From NCBI GenBank assembly GCA_951406725.2, contig OX597821.1:54374001-54438000 (forward strand): a stretch of 64,000 nucleotides of DNA, in the 5' to 3' direction. Below the pieces are notes generated by a model. It had not been told where the DNA came from. It was given only the letters and a program-made list of their open reading frames with translations, and did no database searches. Shown here piece by piece: positions 38,288 to 52,504 of the stretch. The position numbers were made by a program, and so were the translations under genes. Within the stretch, counting starts at the first letter, position 1, and every line of letters begins with the position of its first letter. The stretch comes from Octopus vulgaris. Its lineage: Eukaryota.

Positions 38288-40727
38288 ATCATCATCATCA
38301 TCGTTTAACGCCCGTTTTCCATGCTAGCACGGGTTGGACAGTTCGACCAGGGTCTGAGAAGCCAGGGGCTGCACTAGGCTCCAGTCTGATCTGGCAGTGT
38401 TTCTACAGCTGGATGCCCTTCCTAACGGCAACCACTCCGCGAGTGTAGTGGGTGCTTTTTACGTGCCACCGGCACAGGGGCCAGGGGAGTCTGGCATCGG
38501 CCACGATTGGTTGGTGCTTTTAACGTGCCACTGGCACGGAAGCCAGTCGAGGCAGCGCTGGCATCGGCCACGTTCGGATGGTGCTTTTTATGTGCCACCG
38601 GCACGGAAGCCAGTCGAAGCGGCGCTGGCATCGGCCACGTTCGGATGGTGCTTTTTATGTGCCACCAGCACAGAAGCCAGTTGAGGTGGTGCTGGCATCG
38701 GCCACGTTCGGATGGTGCTTTTTACGTGCCACCGGCACAGGTATCACAACTACTATTTCCATTGATATTTATTTCGATGTTCATGTACTTGACTCAATAG
38801 GTCTCCTCAAGCACAGTGGGATGTTCTGGAATCCAAGGTACTTTGAATGGGCAGGGACTATGCGGGACTGGTGCAGGAAGCAGCCCGGGTCTTTGCAGTC
38901 ACAGCATATCTCCAGAGATCTTGGTCCTTCGCCATTGCCTCTGTGAGGCCCAACGCTTTTAGGTCATGCTTGACTACCTCATCCCATGTCTTCCTGGGTC
39001 TACCTCTCCCCCTGATACCTTCAACTGTTTGGGAGCGGCACTTCTTCACACATCTCTCCTCATCCATCCGCAGTACATGACCATACCATCACAAGCATCG
39101 CTCTTGCACACCACATCTGATGCTTCTTATGTCCAGCATTTCTCTCAGGTGCTTACCTCTGTCGTGCACGCACACTGACATTACACATCCAGCGGATCAT
39201 GCCTAGCTTCATTTCTTTCAAGTCTACGCATGTCCTCTGCAGTCACAGCCCATGTTTCACTACCGTGAAGCATGGCAGTTTGCACACATGCATCATACAA
39301 TCTACCTTTCACTCTGAGCGAGAGACCCTTTGTCGCCAGTAGGGGTAGGAGCTTTCTAAACTTTGCCCAGGTTATTCGTATTCTAGTGGTGACACTCTCT
39401 GAGCATCCACCTCCACTACTAACTTGGTCACCCAGGTAGCGGAAACTACCAACTACTAGTTTCTTCCCTGGCGTGTGATGGATTCTGTTTTCTGAGTATC
39501 TGTGGTGTCTATTGTCCCTGTGCATCTGCCGCACATGAAAGCTATCTTATCAGTTAATTTCCCTTTGATGTTGCTGCACCTCTTATGCATCCATAGCTTA
39601 CACTTGGTACATCTTATGGAGTTTCTACCTACATCTTTCCTACAGATCGAGGAGGGCCACCTGCCCAAGGGTGTGTGTGCTGAGTTCGCCTTTCTGCTTA
39701 CTATAACTTTGGTCTTTGCTACATTTACTCTAAGGCTCTTTGATTCTAACCCTTGCTTTCACACCTGAAATTTCTTTTCTAGTTCCGGTAGTGATTCTGC
39801 TATGAGAGCCAAGTCATCAGCATAGAGAAGCTCCCAGGGGCAACCTGTTTTGAATTCCTCTATTATCGCCTGGAGGACTATGATGAATAAAAGGGGACTG
39901 AGGGCTGATCCTTGGTGTACACCTACTTCTACCCGGAATTCTTCACTATATTCGTTGCCAATTCTAACCTTGCTGACAGCCTTTCAGTATAGGGCCTGTA
40001 CAGCCCTTACTAGCCATTCGTCAATCTCCAGTTTCCACATCGACCACCAGATAAGGGATCAGGGGACCCTGTCAAAGGCTTTCTCCAAGTCTACAAAAGC
40101 TATGCAGAGGGGTTTATCTTTAGCTAGGTACTTCTCCTGCAGTTGTCTGACCAGGTATATAGCATCAGTGGTGCTTCTACCCGGCACAAAACCGAACTGC
40201 ATCTCATCTAAGCAAATTCTCTCCCTAATGAGATGGGTTATGACCCTCTCTGAGACCTTCATCACCTGATCCAACAGTTTAATACTCCTGTAGTTATTTC
40301 TATCTAGAGCATCACCCTTACTCTTGTAGCAGTTGACTATAGTGCTGCTACGCCAGTCATTGGGTATGACTCCATTATGAACTACCTGATTTAAAATGCG
40401 GGTGACTAGGCCATAGCCCACATAACAAGCTGTTTTAAGCATTTCAGCAGTGATTCCTGATGGGCCTGAGGCTTTACCTGGTTTCATACCCTTAATTGCC
40501 TTAACTACAAGGGAGCTGTCTATTCGGATAGCTGGTCCCTCTACTGGGTCAACATTTGGCAGGCTCTCCTCCTCCCATTCATTCTCCACATTCAGCAGTC
40601 TTTCATAATGGCTTCTCCAAGCCTCTTTCTTTCACCATCATTAAAAGCAAGTGCCCCATCATCCATGCGGACACATTTCTCTCCTGTAACATCACTATTT
40701 TCTCTCACACACTGTCTAGCAATCCGA
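38288..40727 (-). mobile_element. 5'-truncated RTE LINE (RT domain, 3'UTR repeats, (GAT)n tail)
   Basis: QFGFVPGRSTTDAI, AFVDLEKAFDRVP, GVHQGSALSPLLF, LLYADDL and MLHGSETW. Possible TSD ATATATCATCATCA at ~38284 and ~40733. Confidence 0.95.
38452..38742. repeat. 67-nt tandem repeat in the RTE 3'UTR
   Basis: GTGCTTTTTA(C/T)GTGCCACCGGCAC units start at ~38452, ~38514, 38581, 38648 and 38715. Confidence 0.9.
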
Positions 40728-40768
40728 TACACATATATCATCATCAGCATCGGTCCCATTATTACATA

Positions 40769-41317
40769 TCTACTTTATAAATGCGAGTTTATGTGGTTAT
40801 GTATCCATAAATTAGAAAAATGGCTCTGAAATGTGTACTCTTTACAAAAACAAATTTTTCAAAAAGAAAAATCCAACAAAGTTTTGAACAGAAGTTGAAA
40901 TTTTAGGGTTTATATGGAGGGTCAATGAAAATATTTAAAAAAAATTCAATATTGTTTTTCAATTACATTTCATTTTCTGTTTGAAAATAAAGAAAGTGGA
41001 GATAGTAATTTCCAAAACTTTATTTTGTTAACCTTCAAAGCTTCTTCCATCATTTTAAGTATATAGTACAAAATTACTTTGGCCAAAATCAGTACTGAGG
41101 AGGGGAAAGGAGTTTGAGAATATTCATAAATTTTCTAAATTTTCTTTTCATAAAATAATCCCCATGATGCCATTTGGAAGGGTGTAGGAATAAAAATTTG
41201 AAAAATCTCCATCAAAATGCAGAAAATCCAACTTATGTGGGTGTGCTATTCCAAAAGTCTGCCAGGACATTCATTCTATTGTTTAAATTACCCGGAAACA
41301 ACAGGCTACTCAGCTAG
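40769..41317 (+). mobile_element. Non-autonomous Helitron
   Basis: 5' end A|TCTACTTTATAAATGCG; 3' end has a degenerate hairpin CCCGGAAACAACAGG then CTAG|T. No TSD. Confidence 0.7.
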
Positions 41318-42315
41318 TGTTATATAATATTTATTTATGCACAAAACTGCAAATCAGAACTAAAATCTATTTAAATATTATAAAACCTCACTGTGAGTAA
41401 AATATAAATGTAAACACATTTTCCCCATTTTATAAATGCATTGAGGAAAGAGGTAGATAGTGTCAAAATGAACCATTTAACTGTTTGTTGATCAATGCTC
41501 AGAGATGTACCCAACTTCCTTTTTGATTCAATAGAATAGACCAACTACTATTATAATTCAGTCATGAATTACTGTGGTACTACAGTTTATGATTGAGTAA
41601 ACAATATAACAGTATAAATCCAGTTTGAGGCTTTGTCATATTTGAATTCAGATCTGATGATTCAGTCAACAATGGACTATGAATATAAAATGATCATGAT
41701 GAAGATAAATATATAACTGTCTCGGACCCTGATGAACCATCCAACCCATGCAAACATATAGACAGACTGACCCAGTCCCTGAATGGATCTACCAATGCAA
41801 TCTACTCCTTCATCATTACCATTTTGTACCCCTTTCCCTTCTTGTTAATCCCTAAGATTATTTTTCCCTTCCACCCCTCTCTAGTTTCTATTACTTCCAC
41901 TCCAACACTGTTCCCTCTGCATTTCTATCCTTCATCATCTTCTTATAAAAATAAATCTGTTTAATCTATCATAGATGGGAGCTCCCTTCCACTTCCATAC
42001 CCTGCAAAACATCATGAAAATTGCTGGTACAATAAAAAGTACCTCGTGCATTCTAAATGTATTCCATTCAAGCACTGAAAAACCAGGACTGACAGCAGGG
42101 CAACTACATCAGTGCTAGTGGAATGAAAAAAATGCATCCACACACTCTGGAAGGTGGTTGGTGTTCAGAATCCCATCCAAGCTTAGAAGTCACAGCTAAA
42201 TGAAACATTGGAAAAAAATATGAGCCTTGAACCTGTTGAATTCAATTAAACCATCCTACCTGCACCAGCATGGAAAAGTGCAAAAACAGACAATGGAATT
42301 ATCATAATGTTTTAC

Positions 42316-42370
<55 letters not shown>

Positions 42371-43509
42371 TATAAATACATATATATACATACATATACA
42401 TGTACATATATATATACACACACACACACACATATATATTAGCACACACACACACACATATATATATATAAACATACACACATACGCACCACATGCCTGC
42501 ATGCACACACGGACACAAACTCACACAAATATTCAGAGTAAATTAAATGCAGATTATAAGTGATAGTGGTGGCAAGAAATAAATTTATTTTTTTTAGAAT
42601 AATGCTTTTTTTTTCCTTTCACCTCTTAAATTATGTTCCGGTAAAGTGTGTTTGTGTGGTGTAGAAAGCGCTGTTTTATGATAACAGACTCTTTCAACAC
42701 AATGTAATTAAAATAAACTGTTTGTAGTAATTACTTAGTAAGGTTGTTTAGTAAAAATACTTTGGAATAAATTGGCAGTGAAGTTCTTAAGTGTGTTATT
42801 CATACACTTCAATAATGTTTCTGTATATATAATATTTTCTGTGTTACTCATAAGTATAGTGAGGTAGGATGTTATAGATCTATAACAATCATTGGATTAT
42901 AAGATTCTTTAGCAATTAATACTGAAAGAAAAATAGATGAGCACATCTCTAGAATTTTGAGATTTCTCACGATTTTATTTTAATGATTCTTCTAACAAGC
43001 TCACAATGTTTTGGAGAAAGTAAAGTAGAGGGATTATATTAGCCCTTGTATTTAACCAGTGCTATTTTAGTGATCCTGGAAGAGAGAAAACCAAGTGTGG
43101 CCATTATTAAAATGTAAAGGATCATAACTAAATGCCACAAGACATTCTATTTAGGATTCTGCCAAATGGTTGCATCTATCCAAGTGTATAGTTTTTTGGC
43201 CATAGATGCAATATACTACCTGTCCTTCAGCCATTCAGATTTGACCATATATCTACATCAAGATATTTAGAGCTAGGCGTAGAAAGGTCCTTTCCTGAGT
43301 ACAAATCTGGTCATGGTTTTTTACCCTTTGGAAGAGCAGTACTTGCCTATGCAGTTGGTCTTCCTTCTGTTTGAAAGTGATGTCATCCAAATAAAGGCAA
43401 GATTGATACAGCTTGGCCCCTGTCACAGATCAACTCAGAACACTTTGCTTGATGGCTACTTTATTTTATCAACCTTGGAAAGATTGGCCTTAGCAGTATT
43501 TAAACTGAC

Positions 43510-44012
43510 ATGCATAAGATGTAATGACATGCATAAGATCTGGTCATCAAATCTAAGTAGAGACTTCAAACTTGAAATATTCAAAGCCACAGTCGAACCA
43601 ATTCTACTATATGGCTCAGAAACCTGGACGTTATCAAAGAAGCTTGAGAGGCGGTTCGATGGAACCTACACTCGCCTCCTTATGAGAGCTCAAAATCTCT
43701 CGTGGAAGCGCCATCCAACCAAAATGCAAATATATGGGAAATTACCACCTGTGTCATCTCTTGTGAAAGGTAGGAGAGTCCAGTTTGTTGGACATTGTTG
43801 TAGAGCTGAAAAAGAAGTAATTTCTACTCTTCTCCTCAGGAAGCCATCTACTCGCAATACCAGAGGGCGCACACTCTCCTACCCTGACGTAATCTCCAGG
43901 GATACAGGCATCCAGCAACAGGACCTCCGTAACGCTATGATGAACTGTGAAGTCTGGCGTAACATAGTAAATTCCATTGTCTCGACCACGGTTGAACAAT
44001 GATGATGATGAT
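43510..44012 (+). mobile_element. RTE-group LINE 3' end (distinct family) with (TGA)n tail
   Basis: KIWSSNLSRDFKLEIFKATVEPILLYGSETWTL...RRVQFVGHCCR; the stop codon runs into (TGA)n. Confidence 0.85.
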
Positions 44013-44324
44013 TTAAACTGAAAAGATGAAGAGCCAAAAGAAACTCTACAAGATATTGTAACCTGCACTTAAAAAATTCCACTTAATCACCAACTTAGGC
44101 TGGTACTTTATTTCATTGACCCTGGAAACAAATTGACCTCTGTGAGATTTGAACTCAGAATATGAAGTATCAGAACAATTGTTATAAGGCATTTTGCCCA
44201 TTGCTCCAATCACTCTGTCAGTGCCCAATAACTACAGTCAGCTGGTTCTTCTCTGTAGCTCCTATTTATATCTAGGTAGCAGAGTTATCTAAGATTTTAA
44301 AATATTCACAGTCATAGACACCGA

Positions 44325-44538
44325 TCTTTTACTTGTTTCAGTCATTAGACTGTGGCCATGCTGGAGTACCACCTAGAATAATTTTTTGTCGAATGTATTG
44401 ACTCCACTACTTATTATTTAGTGCCTGGTACTTATTCAATCAGGGACGTAAACACACCACCAGTTTTCAAGCAGTAGTGAGGGGACAAACACAGACACAA
44501 AGACACACACATGCACTTGCACACACATACACACACAC

Positions 44539-44603
<65 letters not shown>

Positions 44604-44730
44604 ACAGGCATCTTTCAGTTTCCACCTACTAAATCCACTTACAAGGCTTTGGTCAACCTGGGGTTATTGTAGAAGACACTTGCACAAGGTATCTTGCAGT
44701 AGCACTTACCACACAGCCATGCCTGCACCA
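44325..44730 (-). mobile_element. SINE family B, decayed
   Basis: TTTTACTTGTTTCAGTCATTAGACTGTGGCCATGCTGGAG...TTACCACACAGCCA. Confidence 0.8.
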
Positions 44731-45114
44731 ATAGTCACAATATATAACAAACTAAAAAGCATTTAGATTATTCTATAAAACTCTATCAACCAGAATATCT
44801 GTATACTGTAAATACAGTATTTAAGTATTGGATATTTTGTTTCAAATGACGTTGTATAGATCTGTACTGACTTGCATATCCACACATTGTAAATATAGTA
44901 TTAATATAGGTACTTAAATATTTTTCATGACATGGACATAGTTGCATGGTTGAGAAGATTTGCTTCACAAGCACATTATTTTGGGTTCAATTCCACTGCA
45001 TGGCACTTTGAGTAAGTGTCTTTCTTTCACTATGATCACAGGTGACTAATTCCATGTGGATGAAATTTGATTAATGAAAACTACAGAAATATATATATAT
45101 ATGTACATACGTAT

Positions 45115-45682
45115 GCACTGTCCAAAAATTCATATGCTTTATTTGCTATTATAGATGTTAATAATTTATATAAGGTGATGAGGCATGTTATGGGTCGGTA
45201 TTTTGTGGGGTTAGTAGTTTCTTCTGTTTTTGGTAAGAAATATGTAATAATTTCTGTAAGCCACTTTGGAGCTTTCACTGAGTTTGACATGACTTCATTG
45301 AGTGCTACAGCTAAGTTGTGGTGAGTGCTCATTAAAGAGTTTAAACAAAAATGTTAAGTCTTATCTATACGTGCGGATTTCCATTTCCTTGACTTGGCGA
45401 GTGCCGCTTTCACTTCTTCAGTTATTATATCCTGCCATTCTTGATATTTGAGGTGGACATTGGCCTCTCCTATGTCACTGATCCAATGGGCATTCTAATT
45501 AAGCTCCTTCAAATTACTCCAAATGTTTTGTCAAAAATCTTCATTTTTAAGTTGAGGAGGAGGTGTTTTCACAATAATGGTATTTTCCCCAGTCTGCTGT
45601 AGAATTTGTTTGTGTTCTCCTTGAATAGTATGTTTTGTCTATGGAATGCTGAGCGTTTTTTGTATCTTGCCAGTTGTTTGGC

Positions 45683-45686
<4 letters not shown>
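45115..45686 (-). mobile_element. R4/Dong-type LINE internal fragment (RT N-terminal region) abutting (TAA)n
   Basis: APKWLTEIITYFLPK..ETTNPTKYRPITCLITLYKLLTSII; (TTA)n from 45687. Confidence 0.75.
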
Positions 45687-45761
<75 letters not shown>

Positions 45762-45804
45762 CATCATCATTATTACTATTATTATTATCATTATTTAAAA
45801 AATA

Positions 45805-46020
45805 AGGCAGTGAGCTAGGAGAAGTGTTAGCATGCCTGTCAAAATGCTTAGCAACATTTTGTCCATCTTTGTATTTTTAGTTCAAGTTTTGCCATTGTCA
45901 ACTTTCCCTTACATCCTTTCAGGGTCGAGAAAATAAGCTTCAGATGAACACCGAGTCAATTTAATCAACTTAGTCCCTCCCTTGAAATGGCTGGCTTTGT
46001 GCCAAAATTTGAAATCGTCA
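45805..46020 (+). mobile_element. SINE family A, decayed
   Basis: AAGGCAGTGAGCTAG...CATCCTTTCAGGGTCGAGAAAATAAG. Confidence 0.75.
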
Positions 46021-46099
46021 TTATTATTATTATTTAGTGTTTGATTCAGTTTCCAGCAATTTAAAATTTCATTGTTTGATATACACACACTCACATATA

Positions 46100-46322
46100 T
46101 ATCATCATCATCGTTTAACGTCTGTTTTCCATGCTAGCATGGGTTGGACGGTTCGACCAGGGTCTAGGAAGCCAGGAGGCTGTGCCAGGCTCCAGGCTGA
46201 TCTGGCAGTGTTTCTACAGCTGGATGCCCTTCCTAACACCAACCACTCCATGAGTGTAGTGGGTGCTTTTTATGTGCCTCTTGCACAGGGGCCAGAGGAG
46301 GCTGGCAATGGCCATGATCAGT
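46100..46322 (-). mobile_element. RTE 3' tail, very similar to 38288-38510
   Basis: ATCATCATCATCGTTTAACG...CATGCTAGCA...GTTCGACCAGGGTCT. Confidence 0.85.
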
Positions 46323-47433
46323 TTGCATAATAAATCATTCAGTTAAAAGAAGAAGAGTTTGTTACTGAATAAACTGATTTCTCAATCACTGGGAGTTAAT
46401 ATAGACACTAAAATAACATCTATGTGCTGCATCAAAAGCCCTCAAGTTTTCTAAAAACAATAGGCATTATCCAACTTGTCTTAGAAAACTCATGGTATAT
46501 CTACACACCATGTTCTATAGATCTTGAACCCATCAATGTAAGCTAACACTAGACATGAACAGATTACACAGCTGTCTCATGAATTAAGATTAATAAACTG
46601 TTCCAACTGAATGTTAAACTTTCCAGCTATGAATAAAATACACATAGAGTTGTATATTTATTTGTTGTTGGTTAGCCCAAGGTCAGCCTAAATCAAACAA
46701 ACCTATGATCAAAATTTTCTAGTCATGCCTATCTCACCTTTCATTTATGTGTAATATATCTAAACTACAGTAGGTATTTACTTGTCTTTCTCTCTCTCTT
46801 TACAGATAATAGCGAGTAACTTAAACAAGATTTTGTGGTTTCCAGCAACTGAAGCAAATATATGTATAGAACAAATTATACAAATATATATATATTTTCA
46901 TCAGGAATCTAGCAACAGACTAACTTAACATTTCTGACCCCAATACATAATTCCAATTATAATACTACTCTTTAAAATATTAACCTGTCTTTCACATAAC
47001 TGGTTCCAATAAACACACTGGAATAAAGACTGGCAAACTTTATTTCTGTTGATTTCTTGTAAAAAAAAAACAAAAAAAAAAAAAACAAAAGTAATTCTAA
47101 CACCTTGCAATCTGCCACCTGCTCTATAACTATACTCCCTTACTACACAACGACAAATCTCTATGACACACCTCAAGCTACGATCAATAAATGTATGGCT
47201 TTTGATGTAATTCCATTCCTTGCAGACATGAGATACTGAATTGAGCATCCATCTGCCACAATATCACATGAAAGGCAAATGAAAAAAAAATAAAAGCATG
47301 CTAAAAAAACCGAAACATCTGAAGAGAAAATTCATGTGGGGTAATCAAAGCCAATACAAAAGGCACACACAGAGGGGGAGAGTAGGACATCAGAAGATTT
47401 TCCTCTGAAGCAGTGACTATCAATTATTATTGG

Positions 47434-47486
<53 letters not shown>

Positions 47487-48108
47487 GAGAATAATATAAC
47501 CAACTAGAATTACATAGATTCAAAACTTGAATATAAAAGACGGAGTGTACGAATCTGTTAGGATATTATATATACAACTGCGTACATGCACACACACACA
47601 CATATATACACACACATATATTCACACACACACATACACACACACAGTATTACATAATATTTACATGCATGTGTGTGCATACGTAATTACATACATATGT
47701 ACATAAACATATACATAAATACACATTTATGTACATGTAGGTTTGTGTGTGTGTGTGTATGTGTGTGTGTGTATGCACCATGAATCTCTTTATCTATGTA
47801 TATATGCAGAGATGATATACAGAAAATAAAAACAAAATAACCATTGCCTCATTATATACAGACACTAAAGGAATATATTCAGTTTGCTCTGCTATTTCCC
47901 TGTTTCCTTTTCTGTGAAAATATGTTTTATGCTATGCTTTTGTTGCAGAATATAAATACAAATGTACACGGTTTTTTTTATTCCTCACGTCTCTCTTTTC
48001 TCTCTCGCTGCATACACACACACACACACACATTTATTATACATTTATATTTACACATACTATATATATACATTGAAATACACAAATACACCTACATAGA
48101 TATATATA

Positions 48109-48174
<66 letters not shown>

Positions 48175-48197
48175 CACACAAACGCACATATACATAT

Positions 48198-48452
48198 ACT
48201 TTTTACTCTTTTACTTGTTTCAGTCATTTGACTGTGGCCATGCCGGAGCACCGCCTTTAGTCAAGCAAATTGACCCCAGGACTTATTCTTTGTAAGCCTA
48301 GTACTTATTCTATCGGTCTCTTTTGCTGAACTGTTAAGCTACAGGGATGCAAACACACAAGCATCACTTGTCAAGCAATGTTGGGGGGAGGGACAAACAC
48401 AGACGCACAAACATATACACACACATACATATATATACATACATATATATAC

Positions 48453-48485
<33 letters not shown>

Positions 48486-48516
48486 CATACATATATACAT
48501 ACATATACATACATAT

Positions 48517-48593
<77 letters not shown>

Positions 48594-48868
48594 TTGTTAT
48601 CGCCATATTAATATGGCAGTCTTATAGATATAAGACTAAAAGCTGTCGCTGATTAGCTCCATGAGGCCATCACCTTAAGATAGCTATTTGACACACAAAC
48701 TGTGTCCATTATAACCTTCGAACAAGGAGCTAATCAGCGACAGCTTTTAGTCTTATATCTATAAGACTGCCATATTAATATGGCGATAACAATTAATTTC
48801 CAGTAATGCTGCCGTAATCTCTTTTAGAGAGACTTAGTAATTTTAATATTTCTATTATATATATATTG

Positions 48869-48929
<61 letters not shown>

Positions 48930-49091
48930 TACGACGGGCTTCTTTCAGTTTCTGCCTACCAAATCCACTCACAAGGCTGTGGTCAGCCCAAGGCTATAGT
49001 AGAAGACACTTTCCCAAGGTGCCATGCAATGGGACTGTACCCGGAACCATGTGGTTCGTAAGCAAGCTACTTACCACACAGTCACTCCTAC

Positions 49092-49093
<2 letters not shown>
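48198..49093 (-). mobile_element. SINE family B split by an insertion in its internal microsatellite
   Basis: The 3' half lies at 48198-48420 and the 5' half at 48930-49093. Confidence 0.85.
48590..48860. mobile_element. Hairpin cassette (~70 bp perfect inverted arms + tail) in (TA)n
   Basis: 48590-48660 is the reverse complement of 48726-48797, followed by an unpaired tail to ~48860. Confidence 0.85.
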
Positions 49094-49129
<36 letters not shown>

Positions 49130-50752
49130 AGAATATACACTGTACTACTGTAATACCAGGGTGTGGGAGATGTTTTGTTTAGCTGATTGTCTATGTTATA
49201 TTCTGTATACATACAGTTATCATCATTACCATCATTCTGCTCTTGGTTTGACTGTCTGACTATATCCAACAAGCTGGTGGGAACTGAGTGGAGATGCAAC
49301 TTCATTTGTTGCAGTGTTTCTAGAGCTGAATGCCCTTCCTAACTCCAGTCACTTTACCCAGATGAAAGTGATAAAATTATTGAAAATACAAAACTATTGC
49401 CAAAGTGGGAACAAACCTGTTATTAACTGGCATGGGTCATTCAAACTGGTAGTCTTCTGCCATATAAAGGTAATGCCCAGAATGGATTTTACATGCAATA
49501 CATTTGAGCCATCATTGCCATCATTGAATCCGACTCTCAAATCCGCTTTGAAAAATTTGGCTGTGGCTATGAAGAAATGGGTGAATTTATTAAAATGGTA
49601 GGTAACTGTGGCAAAAATGATTAGGATGAACAGACCTACTCTAAATATGTGTCTGCAAATTAGAGAACAGCAGCTGGGTGAAAGAAAAAGGTTTTAGCAA
49701 TCAGGGTAATTCTGGATCTGTGAGGTTCCTTGATTGGCTCCAATTGAAGGTTCTCCTGTATCAGGACGTCTGCATTATTCATGTGTCCACATACTTTATA
49801 TACTATATATACTTTTATCTCATTTCACTGTCTTTTCTCTTTCTTTCCCCTTGTCTTTTATTTAAACTCCCACACAAATTGCAAACTGTCCATGTAATAT
49901 ACCCTTCATCTATATCTTTGTGGCAAATAAAAGAAATCATTTTTTTTTTTTGTTATTCATGCTTTCAGAAACATATCACAAGTTTTTGTTTTTTGTTCTT
50001 CCTTATATTAGTCTGTTACAAACAAACATATACAAAATTATTCAGAGTCATTATATGCTGTATGAGATTATCATAACAATGCTTACATATCCTTGCATCT
50101 TTGCATATCATTGTTATCTTCTGCAACTATCTTTAGAGGTAATCTGTCAATGTCTTTAAAGAAGTAGGTGTCAATAAATATGGTTGTTGTATTCAGTGAA
50201 TGAAAGTGGCCTTTCAGAACTTAGGTCCTTTGACAGATATTAATATTGCTGCCATTGGAGACGTTTTTTACTTTCTTTGGAGTTTACTGTAACTGAGGCA
50301 GTTATGTATCATTGCAGTTGTACCAATTACAAATTAATGAAAGTGTTGTACTCTAGGGATATTATCTATCAGTGGAGATTTGTTTTCTCTGGGGCTACAA
50401 CAGAAGTGGACAAGAGGGAAACGACTGCTGTTTTGTACTTGTCCCACTTTGCAGCTTATTTACAAAAAGAAAAGAGATCTTAAAAATTTTCTTTTTAGAA
50501 TATTATGCCTCTCTTACCTATATCCACAGTCAAGCTGTTCTAGCCATTAAGAATTAGAACATACTGTTCTTATCAATTTTATTTGTTAGGGAATATTTGA
50601 CACTTATATGTAGTAGGTGAAGTAAATATATAATAATCTGTAATTATCACTCTGCTATCCTTCCGTACTAATTTAGTTTTTGCTTGTCTTTCTCTTCACA
50701 TAAACATAAAAGCAGATATATAATTACATTTACTTACATGTTTTCCTTCATT

Positions 50753-51272
50753 GGACACTAAACTCTGCTTGTGAAGACCTGTTGAGGCAAGTGAAATCGA
50801 AATTGAAATCAAATTCGATGACTGGCATCCCTGCTAGTAGAGCACTAAGAGTACCATACGAGTGTGATCGATGCCAGAGCAACAAATTGGCCTCCGTGCG
50901 GTGGCATGTAAAAAGCACCACTCATGCGTGATCATTACCTTTGTTGCCTTACTGGCAATTGTGCTGGTGGAACGTGAAAAAAGATTAGAGTGAGGTCGTT
51001 GCCAGTGCCGCTGGACTGGCTCCTGTGCAGGTGGCACATAAAAAGCACCATTTGAGTGTGGCTGTTGCCAGTACTGCCTGACTGGCCCTCGTGCTGGTGG
51101 CATGTAAATGCACCCACTACACTTTTAGAGTGGTTGGCGTTAGGAAGGGCATCCAGCTGTAGAAACTCTGCCAGATCAGATTGGAGTCTGGTGCAGCCAT
51201 CTGATTCGCCAGACCTCAGTCAAATCGTCCAACCCATGCTAGCATGGAAAGCGGACATTAAATGATGATGAT
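50753..51272 (+). mobile_element. RTE 3'UTR with tandem repeats and (GAT)n tail
   Basis: GGTGGCA(C/T)(A/G)TAAAAAGCACC units, AGGAAGGGCATCCAGCTGTAGAAAC and GGACATTAAATGATGATG. Confidence 0.85.
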
Positions 51273-51695
51273 GTACCAGACTCACTGTCACGGTCCATTG
51301 CTATAATCACAAGTCTTAGTTTTTGTGCGCATTTTAAGTGTCACAAGATCCTGTCATATTATCATAACCCTTAAGTTTGGTAACAACAGGAATGTGTTTG
51401 TCATGGGAACTTGGCACACAGACAGAGTAGAAGCAAATTTTCAGAAGCTCAACACATGACTGTCTGCATTGGCTGTTTGCAACTCAACCAATTAAACTGC
51501 TTACTTTTTGTCATGTGCCTCGTTTGAGTAACAACTTGCTGGTACCTAATTTTTGCGTTTAGCTGAACATTGATCAGAGCTGGAAATGAAATCAGCAGGG
51601 TTCCACAACATTTTGTATTCTCACACTCAACACATTCTCTCACCCATGTACTAAAATACATATAATATTCCCACAAACAAATTTTACCTGGACAT

Positions 51696-51726
<31 letters not shown>

Positions 51727-52030
51727 CTTACAAACATGCACATCAACATGAAGTTATGCCAAGCAACCACATTTGCACACTATGATTCTTGAATAAACAA
51801 AATTTTTTTTTTCTGTTTCATCTACATTTTATGAACAGTTGCAAAATTATTTACAAAACAGTTTCAGTTTCACATATCTCATATTAATCCTTGAGCTGCT
51901 TTTAAAAAACATTGAATCTAAACAGCAAGCATTTTGATTTTTGTGAAGAATATCATGAACATTCCTACTAGAAATTTGCACATTTCAGAAGTTTCTACAC
52001 TGCAAAACAGTGAAAATATGACAGAATTTA

Positions 52031-52470
52031 CAGACATAGGAGTGGCTGTGTGGTAAGTAGCTTGCTTACCAGCCACATGGTTCTGGGTTCAGTCCCATTG
52101 CATGGCACCTTGGGCAAGTGTCTTCTACTATAGCCTCGGGCCGACCAAAGCCTTGTGAGTGAATTTGGTAGACGGAAACTGAAAGAAGCCCGTCGTATAT
52201 AAGTATGTGTGAGTGTGAGTGTGTGTGTGTGTGTGTATGTATGTGTGTGTATATGTTTCTGTGTCTGTCCCCCCCAACATCGCTTGACAACCGATGGTGG
52301 TGTGTTTACATCCCTGTAACTTAGCAGTTCAGCAAAAGAGACCAATAGAATAAGCACTAAGCTTACAAAGAATAAGTCCTGGGGTCGATTTGCTCAATTT
52401 AAGGCAGAGCTCCAGCATGGCTACAGTCAAATGACTGAAACAAGTAAAAGAGTAAGAGTAAAAGAGAGAG
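52031..52470 (+). mobile_element. SINE family B, full length
   Basis: Collinear with 18481-18897. Confidence 0.9.
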
Positions 52471-52504
52471 TTCCATTACTTTACCACTACGATTTTATCT
52501 TCTG

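Noticed and set aside
38452-38742. CRISPR-like repeat array
   Set aside because: The 'spacers' are near-identical to each other, the array lies in an RTE 3'UTR in eukaryotic DNA, and there are no cas genes.
46925-47248. 107-aa minus-strand ORF as a host exon
   Set aside because: It crosses a poly-T tract and has no recognisable domain or clear splice sites.
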